Notes: generated from the sequence alone by a model not told the origin. Shown: positions 38,229 through 47,866, numbered from the stretch's first letter. The stretch is 64,000 nt of DNA from Eubacteriales bacterium (GCA_045636285.1 JAZTXJ010000046.1:7816-71815), one strand, 5' to 3'. A program made the numbers and translations.

Positions 38229-40793
38229 TTAGTCAAGCTCCTTTTTAAGCTCATAAAGAAGCGATATCGCTTCATAGGGTGTCAGTGTGTTAATATCCAC
38301 CGAGCGTATTCTTTCCAAAACACGCGCTTCGTTCAAGGCTTCGAAGCTGATATTATCCTCTTCCGCCTTTGCTCTTACGGCAGGGCGCGCACCTGCTTCC
38401 GTAAGGGTTTGCAATACCTGCTTTGCGCGGTTCACGACCGCTTCGGGTACCCCTGCGAGATGTGCAACCTCGATACCGTAGCTGTCGTCTGCCGCACCCT
38501 TTATTATCTTACGCAGGAAAACGACGTCGTTTCCGCGCTTCTTTGCGGCGATATTGTAGTTCACAACCCCTTCGGTTTCGCCCTCGAGCGCGGTAAGCTC
38601 GTGATAGTGGGTTGCAAACAGCGTTTTTGCGCCTATCTTTTTCGCAGTGTATTCGACAACGGCACGCGCAATGCTCATACCGTCGTACGTGCTGGTGCCT
38701 CTGCCTATTTCATCATAAATAATCAAGCTTTTCTTGGTTGCGTTTTTAAGAATATCGGCAACCTCGTTCATTTCGAGCATAAAGGTCGAATTGCCGCTTG
38801 CAAGGTCGTCCGAAGCGCCGACGCGCGTAAATACACGATCGACAATTCCGACTCTCGCTTCGGTCGCGGGGACAAAGCAGCCCGCCTGTGCAAGTATAAC
38901 GCAGAGCGCAACCTGACGCATATATGTCGATTTACCCGCCATATTCGGACCGGTAATAAGCATTAAACGGCTCGCACCGCAATCGAGCGAGCAATCGTTG
39001 GGAACGAAATAGCTTCCTTCCAAAAAGCGTTCGACAACGGGGTGACGGCAGTTTTTGAGCACGATTTTATCCGAACGGTCTATTTCGGGGCAGGTATAAC
39101 CCTGCTCACGCGCGATTTCGGCGTTCGAGCAATAAACGTCGAGCTCAGAAATCGCGTTTGCCGCCGTTTTTATACGGTTGAGCTCCTTCAAAACGTACTC
39201 GCGCAGTGCAACGAACAGCTCGTATTCAAGCGCATAAAGTCTGTCGCGCGCGCCGATAACACGGCTTTCGGTTTCCTTTAATTCGGGTGTTACAAAGCGT
39301 TCGCCGTTGGTTAAGGTCTGTCTGCGTATATAGGTTTCGGGCACCTGCGAAAGATTTGCCTTCGAAACCTCGATATAATAACCGAAAACGCGGTTATAGC
39401 CGACCTTTAAGGTCTTTATTCCCGTTCTTTCGCGTTCGAGCTCTTCGATTCTCGCTATCCACGCCTTGCCGTTTGTAACCATTTCATACAGCTCATCGAC
39501 AGCGGCGTTACAGCCGCGGCGGATAATTCCGCCCTCCTTCAAAACCGCAGAGGGCTCCTCGGCAATGGTTTTTTCTATCGCTTCGGCAACGTCCTCGAGC
39601 GGATCGATTTCGCTGTTAATGCGCTTCAGCGAGCCTGCACGCGTATTTGCGATAAGCTCCTTTATCTGCGGGAAGAGCTTTATCGTTTTTTCGAGCGATT
39701 TAAGGTCGCGCGCGTTGGCGGTACCGTAAACAAGTCGCGTGGTAAGGCGTTCTATATCGGTGATGTTTTTTAATATTTCGCGTATTTCCTCGCGCATAAC
39801 TCCATCGGAATAGAGCTCGCGCACGGCTTCGAGCCTTGCACGGATTGCATTTTCGTTCACAAGCGGCTTTTCGAGATGACGGCGCAAAAGCCTTGCGCCC
39901 GCGCTTGTGCGGGTACGGTCTACCGCCCACAAAAGCGAGCCCTTGCGTTGCTTTTGGCGCATCGATTCGGCAATTTCGAGATTCCTGCGCGATGCGCTGT
40001 CTATTCCCATAAATTCATCGCAGGAATAGAAGTTTATTTTTTGCAGATAAGAAAGATCTATTTTCTGTGTGCGCTTTATGTATGCAATCAAGCCGCCGAC
40101 AGCGCGAAGTGCGTAGTCGCTGTTGCTTGCGGGAGGCGCTTTGTATATTTCCTTTATCGATTCAACGGCGGAGGTGAGCGCAAAATCAAGCAGCTCGCCG
40201 TTCGAAACGAGCGTGTTGAACCGCGCGGTAAAAAGTCCGCTTGTCATTTGCGGATAATCGTTCGGCACGATAAGCTCGCTCGGACTGAACGCCGCCGCTT
40301 CCGAAACGATTCTTGCGGGCAGATTTTCGCCCAAAAGCTCTGTCGCACTTATTTCGCCTGTCGAAATATCGGCAAAAGCAATACCGCAGCCGAAATCGTC
40401 GCAGACCGAAGCGCATATATAGTTGTTCTTCTTTTCGTCGAGATAACCGCCCTCGGTAACCGTGCCGGGAGTGATAATACGCACAACGCCGCGCTTTACC
40501 AAGCCCTTTGCGGTTGCGGGGTCTTCCATCTGTTCGCAGATAGCTACACGGTACCCGCGCGAAACGAGCTTTGCGATATATCCCTCGACGGCGTGGTGAG
40601 GCACACCGCACATAGGCGCACGCTCTTCAAGTCCGCAGTCCTTGCCCGTGAGCACTAAATCGAGCTCGCGCGAGGCAATTTTTGCGTCCTCGAAAAACAT
40701 TTCGTAGAAGTCGCCGATACGGCACATCAGGATACATTCGGGATGCTCCTGCTTGACTTCCAAATATTGCTTCATAAGCGGCGAAAGAGCCAT
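38229..40793 (-). CDS. mutS: DNA mismatch repair protein MutS
   Basis: MALSPLMKQYLEVKQEHPE...GDFYEMFFEDA, Walker A GPNMAGKST and ATHYHEL. Start is at the ATG 40793 with GGAGG upstream. Confidence 0.93.
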   Translation of the reverse strand: MALSPLMKQYLEVKQEHPECILMCRIGDFYEMFFEDAKIASRELDLVLTGKDCGLEERAPMCGVPHHAVEGYIAKLVSRGYRVAICEQMEDPATAKGLVKRGVVRIITPGTVTEGGYLDEKKNNYICASVCDDFGCGIAFADISTGEISATELLGENLPARIVSEAAAFSPSELIVPNDYPQMTSGLFTARFNTLVSNGELLDFALTSAVESIKEIYKAPPASNSDYALRAVGGLIAYIKRTQKIDLSYLQKINFYSCDEFMGIDSASRRNLEIAESMRQKQRKGSLLWAVDRTRTSAGARLLRRHLEKPLVNENAIRARLEAVRELYSDGVMREEIREILKNITDIERLTTRLVYGTANARDLKSLEKTIKLFPQIKELIANTRAGSLKRINSEIDPLEDVAEAIEKTIAEEPSAVLKEGGIIRRGCNAAVDELYEMVTNGKAWIARIEELERERTGIKTLKVGYNRVFGYYIEVSKANLSQVPETYIRRQTLTNGERFVTPELKETESRVIGARDRLYALEYELFVALREYVLKELNRIKTAANAISELDVYCSNAEIAREQGYTCPEIDRSDKIVLKNCRHPVVERFLEGSYFVPNDCSLDCGASRLMLITGPNMAGKSTYMRQVALCVILAQAGCFVPATEARVGIVDRVFTRVGASDDLASGNSTFMLEMNEVADILKNATKKSLIIYDEIGRGTSTYDGMSIARAVVEYTAKKIGAKTLFATHYHELTALEGETEGVVNYNIAAKKRGNDVVFLRKIIKGAADDSYGIEVAHLAGVPEAVVNRAKQVLQTLTEAGARPAVRAKAEEDNISFEALNEARVLERIRSVDINTLTPYEAISLLYELKKELD

Positions 40794-41006
40794 GAAAACA
40801 CCTCCGGTGTTTTGAAGTAATAGGTAATTGAAAAGGTTAGGTAGCTTTTTGCGAGCAAAAAGCCACTTTCCCTCAAAATACAACGTATTTTTACAATATA
40901 AATATTATAAAAATCCGCGACGTAAGCGTTTTTGCCCTCACTGCTTGGAGAGCAAAACGAGATTGACCGTTATACCGTTATGCGCTTCATTGATTGCAGA
41001 ACAGAT

Positions 41007-41092
41007 GCAGAACGGACAAACAAAACCCGAAGCTGTAGAAATCCACTGCGAGCGGTTGTGTTTGTTCGTAGCACGGACGCCGTGCGTTCTGC
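41007..41092 (-). other. predicted three-way-junction RNA fold in the ylbF-like/mutS intergenic region
   Basis: P1 is GCAGAAC(41007-13)/GTTCTGC(41086-92). P2 is GCACGG/CCGTGC (41071-85). P3 is about 12 bp (41015-27 with 41054-67). A second tandem GCAGAAC copy at 40996-41002 could pair as an alternative. Confidence 0.3.
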
Positions 41093-41104
41093 GCTGTTAT
41101 GCAA

Positions 41105-41500
41105 TTAATGACAGCCGCCGCAGGTGGAACAGTCGTGAGTACAATTAGCCTGTTCGGGCTCGATGGTGAAACGAACGGCGTCGTTAATTGCGTTTACAAC
41201 GAGAGAGAGTGCAGATTCTGCTTCGCGCATTGCGGCAAGAGTCTTGCTTTCGGTGATGGTGTCGTAAACTTCGCGAAGACGTGCGGAAATGCTTTCGATA
41301 AGAGCGGTGTCGCGTTCTGCTTCGGGCTTTCTGCCTTCCTGTTCGAGAATAGCCGCCTGAACGTTATATTCGTTGATGAGCTTGTTGAGCTCTTCGTCTG
41401 CGTCGTAAGCTTCCTTTGCGGCGTTGTATGCCTTTAATTCTTCGCTTGCCGCGAGTGCTTCTTTAAGAGTTTCGATTGCTTTGATCATTGCTTCATTCAT
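41105..41500 (-). CDS. YlbF/YmcA (RicF/RicA)-family regulator with a C-terminal CX3CX2CX2C tail
   Basis: 131-aa helical protein (LKAYNAAKEAYDADEELNKLINEYN...) that ends in NCTHDCSTCGGCH. The miaB-ylbF-mutS context fits. Confidence 0.7.
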   Translation of the reverse strand: MNEAMIKAIETLKEALAASEELKAYNAAKEAYDADEELNKLINEYNVQAAILEQEGRKPEAERDTALIESISARLREVYDTITESKTLAAMREAESALSLVVNAINDAVRFTIEPEQANCTHDCSTCGGCH

Positions 41501-41526
41501 TGTTTTTTATTTCCTTTCGGTTTTTA

Positions 41527-42912
41527 TTACTTTATTTTTCCGCCGAGCGCATAGGCACCTGCGGTTTCGATTAAAACGTCTGCGAATTCGCCTGCGGGAA
41601 CCGCTTTATCGAAGGTGACGATCTTATTTTGTGTGCTTCTGCCGCAGGGTATTCCGTTTTTGTTGAACCCGTCGGAAAGCACGCGCAGAGTACGCCCGAT
41701 AAATTTATCGTTAAGTCCTTGTGCGATTTCGTTTTCCATATCCGAAAGCGCTTTAAAGCGCGCGTTCGAAATTTCTTTGGGGATTTGCCCCTCCATCTTC
41801 GCCGCGACGGTACCGACGCGCGGAGAATAGATAAAGGTGTATATCATATCGAACCCGACAGCCTTTACGAGCGACATAGTATCTTCGAAATCCGCATCGG
41901 TTTCGGTCGGGAATCCGCAAATAATATCGGTAGTGAGGCTGATGTCGGGAATTTTTTCCTTTATTTCAAATGCCTTTTCCAAATATTGCTCGCGGGTGTA
42001 TTTGCGGTTCATCAATTTAAGCACTCTCGTCGAGCCCGACTGCACGGGAAGGTGAAAATGCTTTGCTACGTTTTTATTTCTGCTTATAACCTCGATAAGC
42101 TCGGTTGATGCGTCCTTCGGGTGACTCGTCATAAAGCGCACGCGGTATTCGCCTTCGAACGATGCACAATCGTTAAGCAGGGTTGCGAAATCGCACCCGC
42201 CGTTATAGGAATTAACGTTCTGACCGAGCAGGGTTATATCCTTATAGCCCCTTTCGACAAGCTCTTTTACCTCGTTCAAAACGTCCTCTTTTTTGCGGGA
42301 GCGCTCGTGCCCTCTCGCAAAGGGAACAACGCAATAGGTGCAGAAATTGTTACAGCCGTACATTACGGGCACCCAAGCCTTGTACGTGTTTTCACGCAGG
42401 ACGGGCATACCCTCGCTTATTACGCCGAATTCGTTATGCGGCTTATCGGTAATAAAGCTGAAGCGCTTTTTCGATCCGAAGGCTGTTTTTATGATCTCGG
42501 GCAGCTTGTGGTGCATATCGGTGCCGAAAACGAAATCGACGTAAGGGTAGCTTTTATAAATCTGTTCTCTGCGGTGAGATTGCTGAGCCATACAGCCGCA
42601 AAGTCCGATTTTAATGCTTCGGTCGCGCTCTTTTCTTCCCTTGAACTGACCTGCTTCGGAAAGCGCACGGATTTCGGCGTGCTCACGAATGGCGCAGGTA
42701 TTAATAATAATCATCTGCGCTTCATCGGGGTTTTGGGTGATTTCGTAGCCGCAAAGCTGCAATGCACCCATAATACGCTCGCCGTCGTTTTCGTTCTGCT
42801 GACAGCCAAAGGTTATAACGCACGCCCTTTTGCCCGCCGTTTCGCTTCTGAGCGAAAAAGCGATTTCGTGCTGGCGTTCTATTTCATTTTGCGGAATAAA
42901 AATATCGTTCAT
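41527..42912 (-). CDS. miaB: tRNA-i6A37 methylthiotransferase MiaB
   Basis: UPF0004 N-domain (FGCQQNENDGE), radical SAM motif GCNNFCTYC and a TRAM C-terminus. Start ATG 42912 overlaps the upstream stop (ATGA). Confidence 0.9.
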   Translation of the reverse strand: MNDIFIPQNEIERQHEIAFSLRSETAGKRACVITFGCQQNENDGERIMGALQLCGYEITQNPDEAQMIIINTCAIREHAEIRALSEAGQFKGRKERDRSIKIGLCGCMAQQSHRREQIYKSYPYVDFVFGTDMHHKLPEIIKTAFGSKKRFSFITDKPHNEFGVISEGMPVLRENTYKAWVPVMYGCNNFCTYCVVPFARGHERSRKKEDVLNEVKELVERGYKDITLLGQNVNSYNGGCDFATLLNDCASFEGEYRVRFMTSHPKDASTELIEVISRNKNVAKHFHLPVQSGSTRVLKLMNRKYTREQYLEKAFEIKEKIPDISLTTDIICGFPTETDADFEDTMSLVKAVGFDMIYTFIYSPRVGTVAAKMEGQIPKEISNARFKALSDMENEIAQGLNDKFIGRTLRVLSDGFNKNGIPCGRSTQNKIVTFDKAVPAGEFADVLIETAGAYALGGKIK

Positions 42913-43682
42913 CAAAATGCAGTTCCTACGCAAACAAATATGTTGTAAAGCGGGCTGTTTTCATCGAAATGCTCGATAACAACCTTGCCCTTCGAAGCGG
43001 TGGAGTGGATTATTTCGTTGTTACCGAGATACATTGCGATATGACCCTTAAAGAATATAAGGTCGCCTACCTTAGCTTCGCTGAAGGGGATTTCGCGGAG
43101 GTTTTCGCATCTGCTGAAATCGGCATCGCGCCAGATACTGATACCGTTAAGACGGTATGCATTGAAGCAAAGTCCCGAGCAGTCGATACCGTGGTGGGTT
43201 CTTCCGCCCCAGCGGTACTGCGTTCCGAGATATTCCTTTGCGGTTTCGACGAGCGAAGCGCGAAGCTCGTCTTCGGTAAGCGCGCTCTTATCGATTGTCG
43301 AAATGGGAGCGACGTGGTTTTTGTGGAGATAATAAATACGCTTGCTGGGAAGCACGGCAAAGCCGTATCTGCCCTCTTTTTCGGAAAATCCGACGTCAAC
43401 TCTCGAGCCGCGGGGGAGAGTCATCGGCGCCTGATAATAGTTCTTGCCTTCGAAAAGGAGGTCGGTAAAGGGGGTTACGGTGACGTGATTTGCATCGTGA
43501 AGCTTTTCGAAAAGATTGCTCTTTGCCGTCCAGCCGATATATCCGTATTCGGTTTTGATTTTGTAAAAGCTTCCCGATTCTTCGAGAATTTCGGCTTCCT
43601 CGCCATAGAGAATTTCATCAACGTTTTCTGCCATAAGCTCGGGTTCGGAGTAAAGAGCTGCATAGGGAACACAACATACCAT
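42912..43682 (-). CDS. NlpC/P60 (C40) peptidoglycan endopeptidase with an N-terminal SH3-like domain
   Basis: YRWGGRTHHGIDCSGL (catalytic Cys) and GHIAMYLGNNEIIHST (catalytic His). Confidence 0.85.
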   Translation of the reverse strand: MVCCVPYAALYSEPELMAENVDEILYGEEAEILEESGSFYKIKTEYGYIGWTAKSNLFEKLHDANHVTVTPFTDLLFEGKNYYQAPMTLPRGSRVDVGFSEKEGRYGFAVLPSKRIYYLHKNHVAPISTIDKSALTEDELRASLVETAKEYLGTQYRWGGRTHHGIDCSGLCFNAYRLNGISIWRDADFSRCENLREIPFSEAKVGDLIFFKGHIAMYLGNNEIIHSTASKGKVVIEHFDENSPLYNIFVCVGTAF

Positions 43683-43762
43683 AATAATCGCCTCTGTTTC
43701 ATTTTTTTGGTTTGAATATATAAATGTTTTTTTGCAAAAATATATAAAAAGGAGTGATTTTT

Positions 43763-44539
43763 TTGAAGCTTTTGAAATTTATTACCGCCTGCCTGCTCGC
43801 CGTTGCCTTTTTATCGGGCAGTGCAGACGCGAGCTCGGATACCGAGCGGTTAGATTGGTTTTATAAAACCCGCGGCGAAAACGAGCGCCCCGATATTATG
43901 GGCGGAAGTATGCCCAAGGGAATCGAAAATTCGCTTTTTATCGGCAACGAGGGCGATAAAACCGTTTATCTTACCTTCGATGCGGGCTATTCGAACGAAA
44001 ACGTCGAAAGCATACTCGATACCCTGAACGAGAAAGGCGTTAAAGCCGCATTCTTTATTTTGCCCGGAATTATTAAAAACAGTCCCGAAGCGGTAAAGCG
44101 CATGGCGGACGAGGGGCATTTGGTTTGCAACCACACGACAAGCCACGGCGACGTTTCGAAAATAAACGACATCGAGCAGTTCAAGCGCGAGCTTTGCGGA
44201 GTCGAGGAAAAATACTTCGAGCTTACGGGAAAGGAAATGGAAAAATATTTCCGCCCGCCCGAGGGTGCTTTTTCCGAAAAAACGCTCGATTTTTGCGCTT
44301 CTCTCGGCTATACCCCTGTTTTTTGGTCGTTTGCTTATGCCGATTGGGATAACGGCAAGCAAATGCCGCCCGAAAAGGCTAAAAGCAAGGTGCTTTCGCA
44401 AATGCACGACGGTGCGGTGCTTCTTTTACACCCGACAAGCGCGACCAACGCAAAGATACTCGGCGATATAATCGACGAGCTTTCCGCCCGCGGTTATTCC
44501 TTCGGCACGCTCGACGAGCTTAAAGACAAGTTGCGATAA
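43763..44539 (+). CDS. pdaA: polysaccharide deacetylase, PdaA-like (spore-cortex delta-lactam de-N-acetylase)
   Basis: Has a signal peptide, plus LTFDAGY, NHTTSH and LLHP motifs and a LDWFYK-type N-terminus. Start is taken at TTG 43763 behind GGAGTGAT. The ORF-track GTG at 43754 overlaps this SD by 1 nt and lies inside its GTGAT extension. Confidence 0.75.
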   Translation: MKLLKFITACLLAVAFLSGSADASSDTERLDWFYKTRGENERPDIMGGSMPKGIENSLFIGNEGDKTVYLTFDAGYSNENVESILDTLNEKGVKAAFFILPGIIKNSPEAVKRMADEGHLVCNHTTSHGDVSKINDIEQFKRELCGVEEKYFELTGKEMEKYFRPPEGAFSEKTLDFCASLGYTPVFWSFAYADWDNGKQMPPEKAKSKVLSQMHDGAVLLLHPTSATNAKILGDIIDELSARGYSFGTLDELKDKLR

Positions 44540-44585
44540 GCATTCATAGTATTATACCCCAAAAACCGCGATAAATCAATAGAAA

Positions 44586-44619
44586 AAGGAAGGTTTGTAA
44601 CACCTTCCTTTTATTTTTA
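44586..44619. terminator. bidirectional Rho-independent terminator
   Basis: AAGGAAGGT/ACCTTCCTT stem flanked by an A-run and a T-run, between convergent genes. Confidence 0.75.
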
Positions 44620-45834
44620 TTTCATTTCTGCCGCAATTTTTATCCTTCTTGCTGTTTTTAGATAATACAAGGCATAGAACAGACAAAAGCCGAGATAAAG
44701 CAGAGCAAACACGCAAATAAGTGCAAGCGGAAAATAAAATCGCGTATTATCTCCGTCTGCCACCGCAATGATGTGAAACACCAGCACCGTCAAAAACGAC
44801 CCCAAAATACCAAAAATGCTTGAAATCGAGTAGATTATAAGACTTTCCACAAGCGTCATTTTCTTTATATCGCTTTGCGACATGCCTGCCGATTTAAGCA
44901 AGGCAAGCGTGCGCGCACGGTTTTTTATGTTTGCAACCGCCGACATTGCGGCACAGATAAGAGATATTACCGTAAGCGATATTCCCATCCACACAGCGGT
45001 GAGCGCAAGCGGGTCGGCTTTTAAGGGATTGAATTCGCCGTTCGACCAGGAACGCATCATAAAAGCTGAATAAACGGCTACTACAAGCACACTGCAAAGC
45101 GAAAGCGAAAGCGACACCGCACGTATTCGCGGAGCGTAATTAATATAGCTTGCCGCCGAAAGCCTGCCGATATAACCGAATATTCTTTTGCAAACACGCT
45201 CGATAATTCCATCTCGTTCGCTTATATTTATTCGCTCCGTCCCCTTCGACGATTCAACAGGAGAGGTTTTATAAGCTCGCAGCATCGGCGTTACCGTTGC
45301 CGAAAGCACGGCAAAAAGGCAAACCGCAATCGTTAAAAACACGACAGTTGCAGAGGAATTGAACTCAACGTGTCTTATTGCCATATCGGTACCGTAATAT
45401 TTGCCGTAACGATTAGATAGGTATATTTGCATTTGGGAATCGTAGAAGGAAACGTAAAATTTCGCAAAGCCTCTGCCGATAAAGAACCCCAAAGCAGTAC
45501 CGATAACACCGTAAAACAGATTTTCGATAAGCAGAGTAAGCGAAGCTTGAAAACGAGTCATACCGAGCGAAATAAGCAATCCGAGCGTTTTTGTTCTTTC
45601 GCCGAGATTCACGGTGAATACCGAGCGTATTATGAAGACCGCAAGCAAAGAAACGAGCAATACGAGAAACACAAATACCTTTCTTGATTGTGCGTCGTTT
45701 GCGGTGAACGCCGAAAAGAAGAAGCCGCAACAGGCAGATATTACACACGCGGCAAGCGTTATGCATACGAAACTCACCGCGGCATACAGCTTTTTACTTT
45801 TTATATTTGCCCAAACCAGCTTAAAAAATAGCAT
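44617..45834 (-). CDS. FtsX-family ABC permease (MacB-type), paralog 2
   Basis: 405 aa from the internal ATG 45834 (MLFFKLVWANIK). Has 4 TM helices and an extracytoplasmic domain, and ends in RRIKIAAEMK. Confidence 0.8.
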   Translation of the reverse strand: MLFFKLVWANIKSKKLYAAVSFVCITLAACVISACCGFFFSAFTANDAQSRKVFVFLVLLVSLLAVFIIRSVFTVNLGERTKTLGLLISLGMTRFQASLTLLIENLFYGVIGTALGFFIGRGFAKFYVSFYDSQMQIYLSNRYGKYYGTDMAIRHVEFNSSATVVFLTIAVCLFAVLSATVTPMLRAYKTSPVESSKGTERINISERDGIIERVCKRIFGYIGRLSAASYINYAPRIRAVSLSLSLCSVLVVAVYSAFMMRSWSNGEFNPLKADPLALTAVWMGISLTVISLICAAMSAVANIKNRARTLALLKSAGMSQSDIKKMTLVESLIIYSISSIFGILGSFLTVLVFHIIAVADGDNTRFYFPLALICVFALLYLGFCLFYALYYLKTARRIKIAAEMK

Positions 45835-45842
45835 ATTTTCAC

Positions 45843-47066
45843 CTATTTCATTGCCTGTGCAATTTTTATCCTTCGCGCCTTCAGCGTTGCATAAAGCGCA
45901 AAAACCAGACAGAAAATTGCGTCTACACCGACAAAAACAATCCATTCGCGCCACGGAAAATGGAACCACTGCACCGTGTTCGAGGTCCACAAAAACAAAT
46001 ACTGTCCCAAAACCGAAAGATAAGAGCCGACAAGCCCGAACAAAACCGCGTGCACGAAAATAAATATCCCCTCGCAAAGCATAAGCTTTAACATATCCTT
46101 ATCGGACATACCCATCGATTTCAGCACCGCGAATTCGCGTTTTCTGCCGTTTATATTTACCGTCATGCTTCCCATCGCGCCCAAAAGAGCGATAAGGGTG
46201 AGAATAACTCCTATCGAAATTCCGCTTGTAAAGCGCGGATCGTTATAGGCGTTGAATATCCCCTCTTCCCAGAAGTCCCACATAAACAGCGAATATATGC
46301 TCACGAAAATTATCTGCGAGCAGGGCAAGGTAAAGGAAACGGCGCGGTATCGGGGTGCGTTGTTATCGAAATTCTGACCCGCAAGCCTGCCGATACGCCC
46401 GAAGAATTTGCACATTATCTTTTCGAAAATACCTTCGGTAAGCGAAACGTTTATGCTTACGTCGGCTTTGAGCGAATTTATTACCGAAAGCCGCGACAAG
46501 CGCATTATCGGCTTATATGCGGCAAGCGCGGTGACTATAAAGGTAAGCAAAAACGCAAGCAGAAGCACGTAGGGCGGAACGTTGTATTGGTAAAATACCT
46601 CGCCCGAAACGTCCCTGCCGTAGCGTGTAAGGAAGAATTCGACCATTCCCCTGTTCATATAATCGATATGGAAAACCGAAATGATTTTTCCGATAAGAGT
46701 GCCTGCCGCACCGCCGAAAACGGCATAGAGCGCCGTTTCGACCGCAATCAACCTCGCCTTGCCGCCGTTTGTCATTCCGACAGTGGAATAAAGCCCCAAA
46801 ACGTTAACGCGTTCGCTGAAGCTTATCACAAACACCGAGCGTATGAGCACGACCGAAGCTATGGAAACGGCGAGCACGAGCGTTATAAACACAAGCACGT
46901 CGGTGGTATAGCTGCGGCTGTTTTTATCGAGCTCGCTTATCATCGAAGAAGCGAAGCAGCAGATAACCGACAGCAGAGCCGAGGCAAGCAATATTCCAAG
47001 AAAAGTTATCGCCGCGCGCAACGGCGCCTTTTTTATGCCCGCAAAAGCAAGCCTTAACGTCAGCAT
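45843..47066 (-). CDS. FtsX-family ABC permease (MacB-type), paralog 1
   Basis: 407 aa with the same architecture, ending in RRIKIAQAMK. It overlaps the ATPase gene by 7 nt. Confidence 0.8.
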   Translation of the reverse strand: MLTLRLAFAGIKKAPLRAAITFLGILLASALLSVICCFASSMISELDKNSRSYTTDVLVFITLVLAVSIASVVLIRSVFVISFSERVNVLGLYSTVGMTNGGKARLIAVETALYAVFGGAAGTLIGKIISVFHIDYMNRGMVEFFLTRYGRDVSGEVFYQYNVPPYVLLLAFLLTFIVTALAAYKPIMRLSRLSVINSLKADVSINVSLTEGIFEKIMCKFFGRIGRLAGQNFDNNAPRYRAVSFTLPCSQIIFVSIYSLFMWDFWEEGIFNAYNDPRFTSGISIGVILTLIALLGAMGSMTVNINGRKREFAVLKSMGMSDKDMLKLMLCEGIFIFVHAVLFGLVGSYLSVLGQYLFLWTSNTVQWFHFPWREWIVFVGVDAIFCLVFALYATLKARRIKIAQAMK

Positions 47067-47746
47067 TCCGCCACCCTCTCGTCAGAAACTATCAAGCCGT
47101 CCTCTATCCGTATTATTCTGTCGGTTTGGGCGGCTACGTTCATATCGTGCGTGACGATAATAATCGTTTGTCTGTATTTTTCGTTCGCACGGCGGAAGAG
47201 CGTCATTATTTCCTCGGTGTTCTTCGAATCGAGGTTGCCCGTCGGCTCATCGGCAAGCAATATAGACGGCTGTGTGTATATCGCTCTTGCGATAGCAACG
47301 CGTTGCTGCTGACCGCCCGAAAGATAAGGCGGGTAATGAAATTCCTTTTCGAAAATGCCGAGCGTTTTCATCGTGCTTATCAAGCGCTCCTCTTCGACCT
47401 CTTTTCCGTCGAGCTCGCTTGGAAGCGTTATATTATCGCGCACGTTCAGCATCGGAATAAGGTTATACGCCTGATAAATAAGCGAAACGGTTCTTCGGCG
47501 GTAAAGCGCAAGCTCGCGTTCGCTCATTTTGTGCACGTTCTGTCCGTTCACGCAGACACTGCCCGAGGTAGGCGTATCTACCCCGCCGATAATATGCAAA
47601 AGTGTCGACTTCCCGCTTCCCGACGTGCCGACGATCGCGATAAATTCGCCCTCTTCTACTTCAAGCGAGATTCCGTTTAAGGCGTTTACCTCGCTTTCGT
47701 TTCTTCCGTAGGTTTTATAAAGTCCGTTTACAGATAAAATGCTCAT
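47060..47746 (-). CDS. ABC transporter ATP-binding protein (MacB/LolD class)
   Basis: Walker A GTSGSGKST, signature LSGGQQQRV and Walker B LLADEPTGNLD. Confidence 0.9.
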   Translation of the reverse strand: MSILSVNGLYKTYGRNESEVNALNGISLEVEEGEFIAIVGTSGSGKSTLLHIIGGVDTPTSGSVCVNGQNVHKMSERELALYRRRTVSLIYQAYNLIPMLNVRDNITLPSELDGKEVEEERLISTMKTLGIFEKEFHYPPYLSGGQQQRVAIARAIYTQPSILLADEPTGNLDSKNTEEIMTLFRRANEKYRQTIIIVTHDMNVAAQTDRIIRIEDGLIVSDERVAEC

Positions 47747-47774
47747 AAAAAAACACCCCCTGCTTTATGATACG

Positions 47775-47804
47775 ATTGTAGCACAAAGCAGAGAGGTATC
47801 GCAA
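47775..47804 (-). promoter_or_regulatory. sigma-A-type promoter TTGCGA-N18-TACAAT (TG-extended) of the FtsX-ABC operon
   Basis: On the plus strand, ATTGTA at 47775-47780 and TCGCAA at 47799-47804. Confidence 0.5.
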
Positions 47805-47818
47805 GCAAACTCGGCAAA

Positions 47819-47866
47819 TCTTAACGAAATCTTTACGATTCTAAAATTTCTTTACGTTTTCTTTAC
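47819..47866 (-). repeat. four phased direct heptamers GT(A/T)AAGA (two pairs at 11-bp spacing)
   Basis: Plus-strand TCTTAAC at 47819 and TCTTTAC at 47830, 47849 and 47860. They lie upstream of the -35 element of the ABC operon. Confidence 0.6.

Noticed and set aside
40828-41148. 106-aa plus-strand ORF in the ylbF-mutS spacer
   Set aside because: It has no SD and a basic, low-complexity composition. It overlaps the 3' end of the ylbF-like gene in antisense and spans the hairpin-rich region, so it is more likely non-coding.
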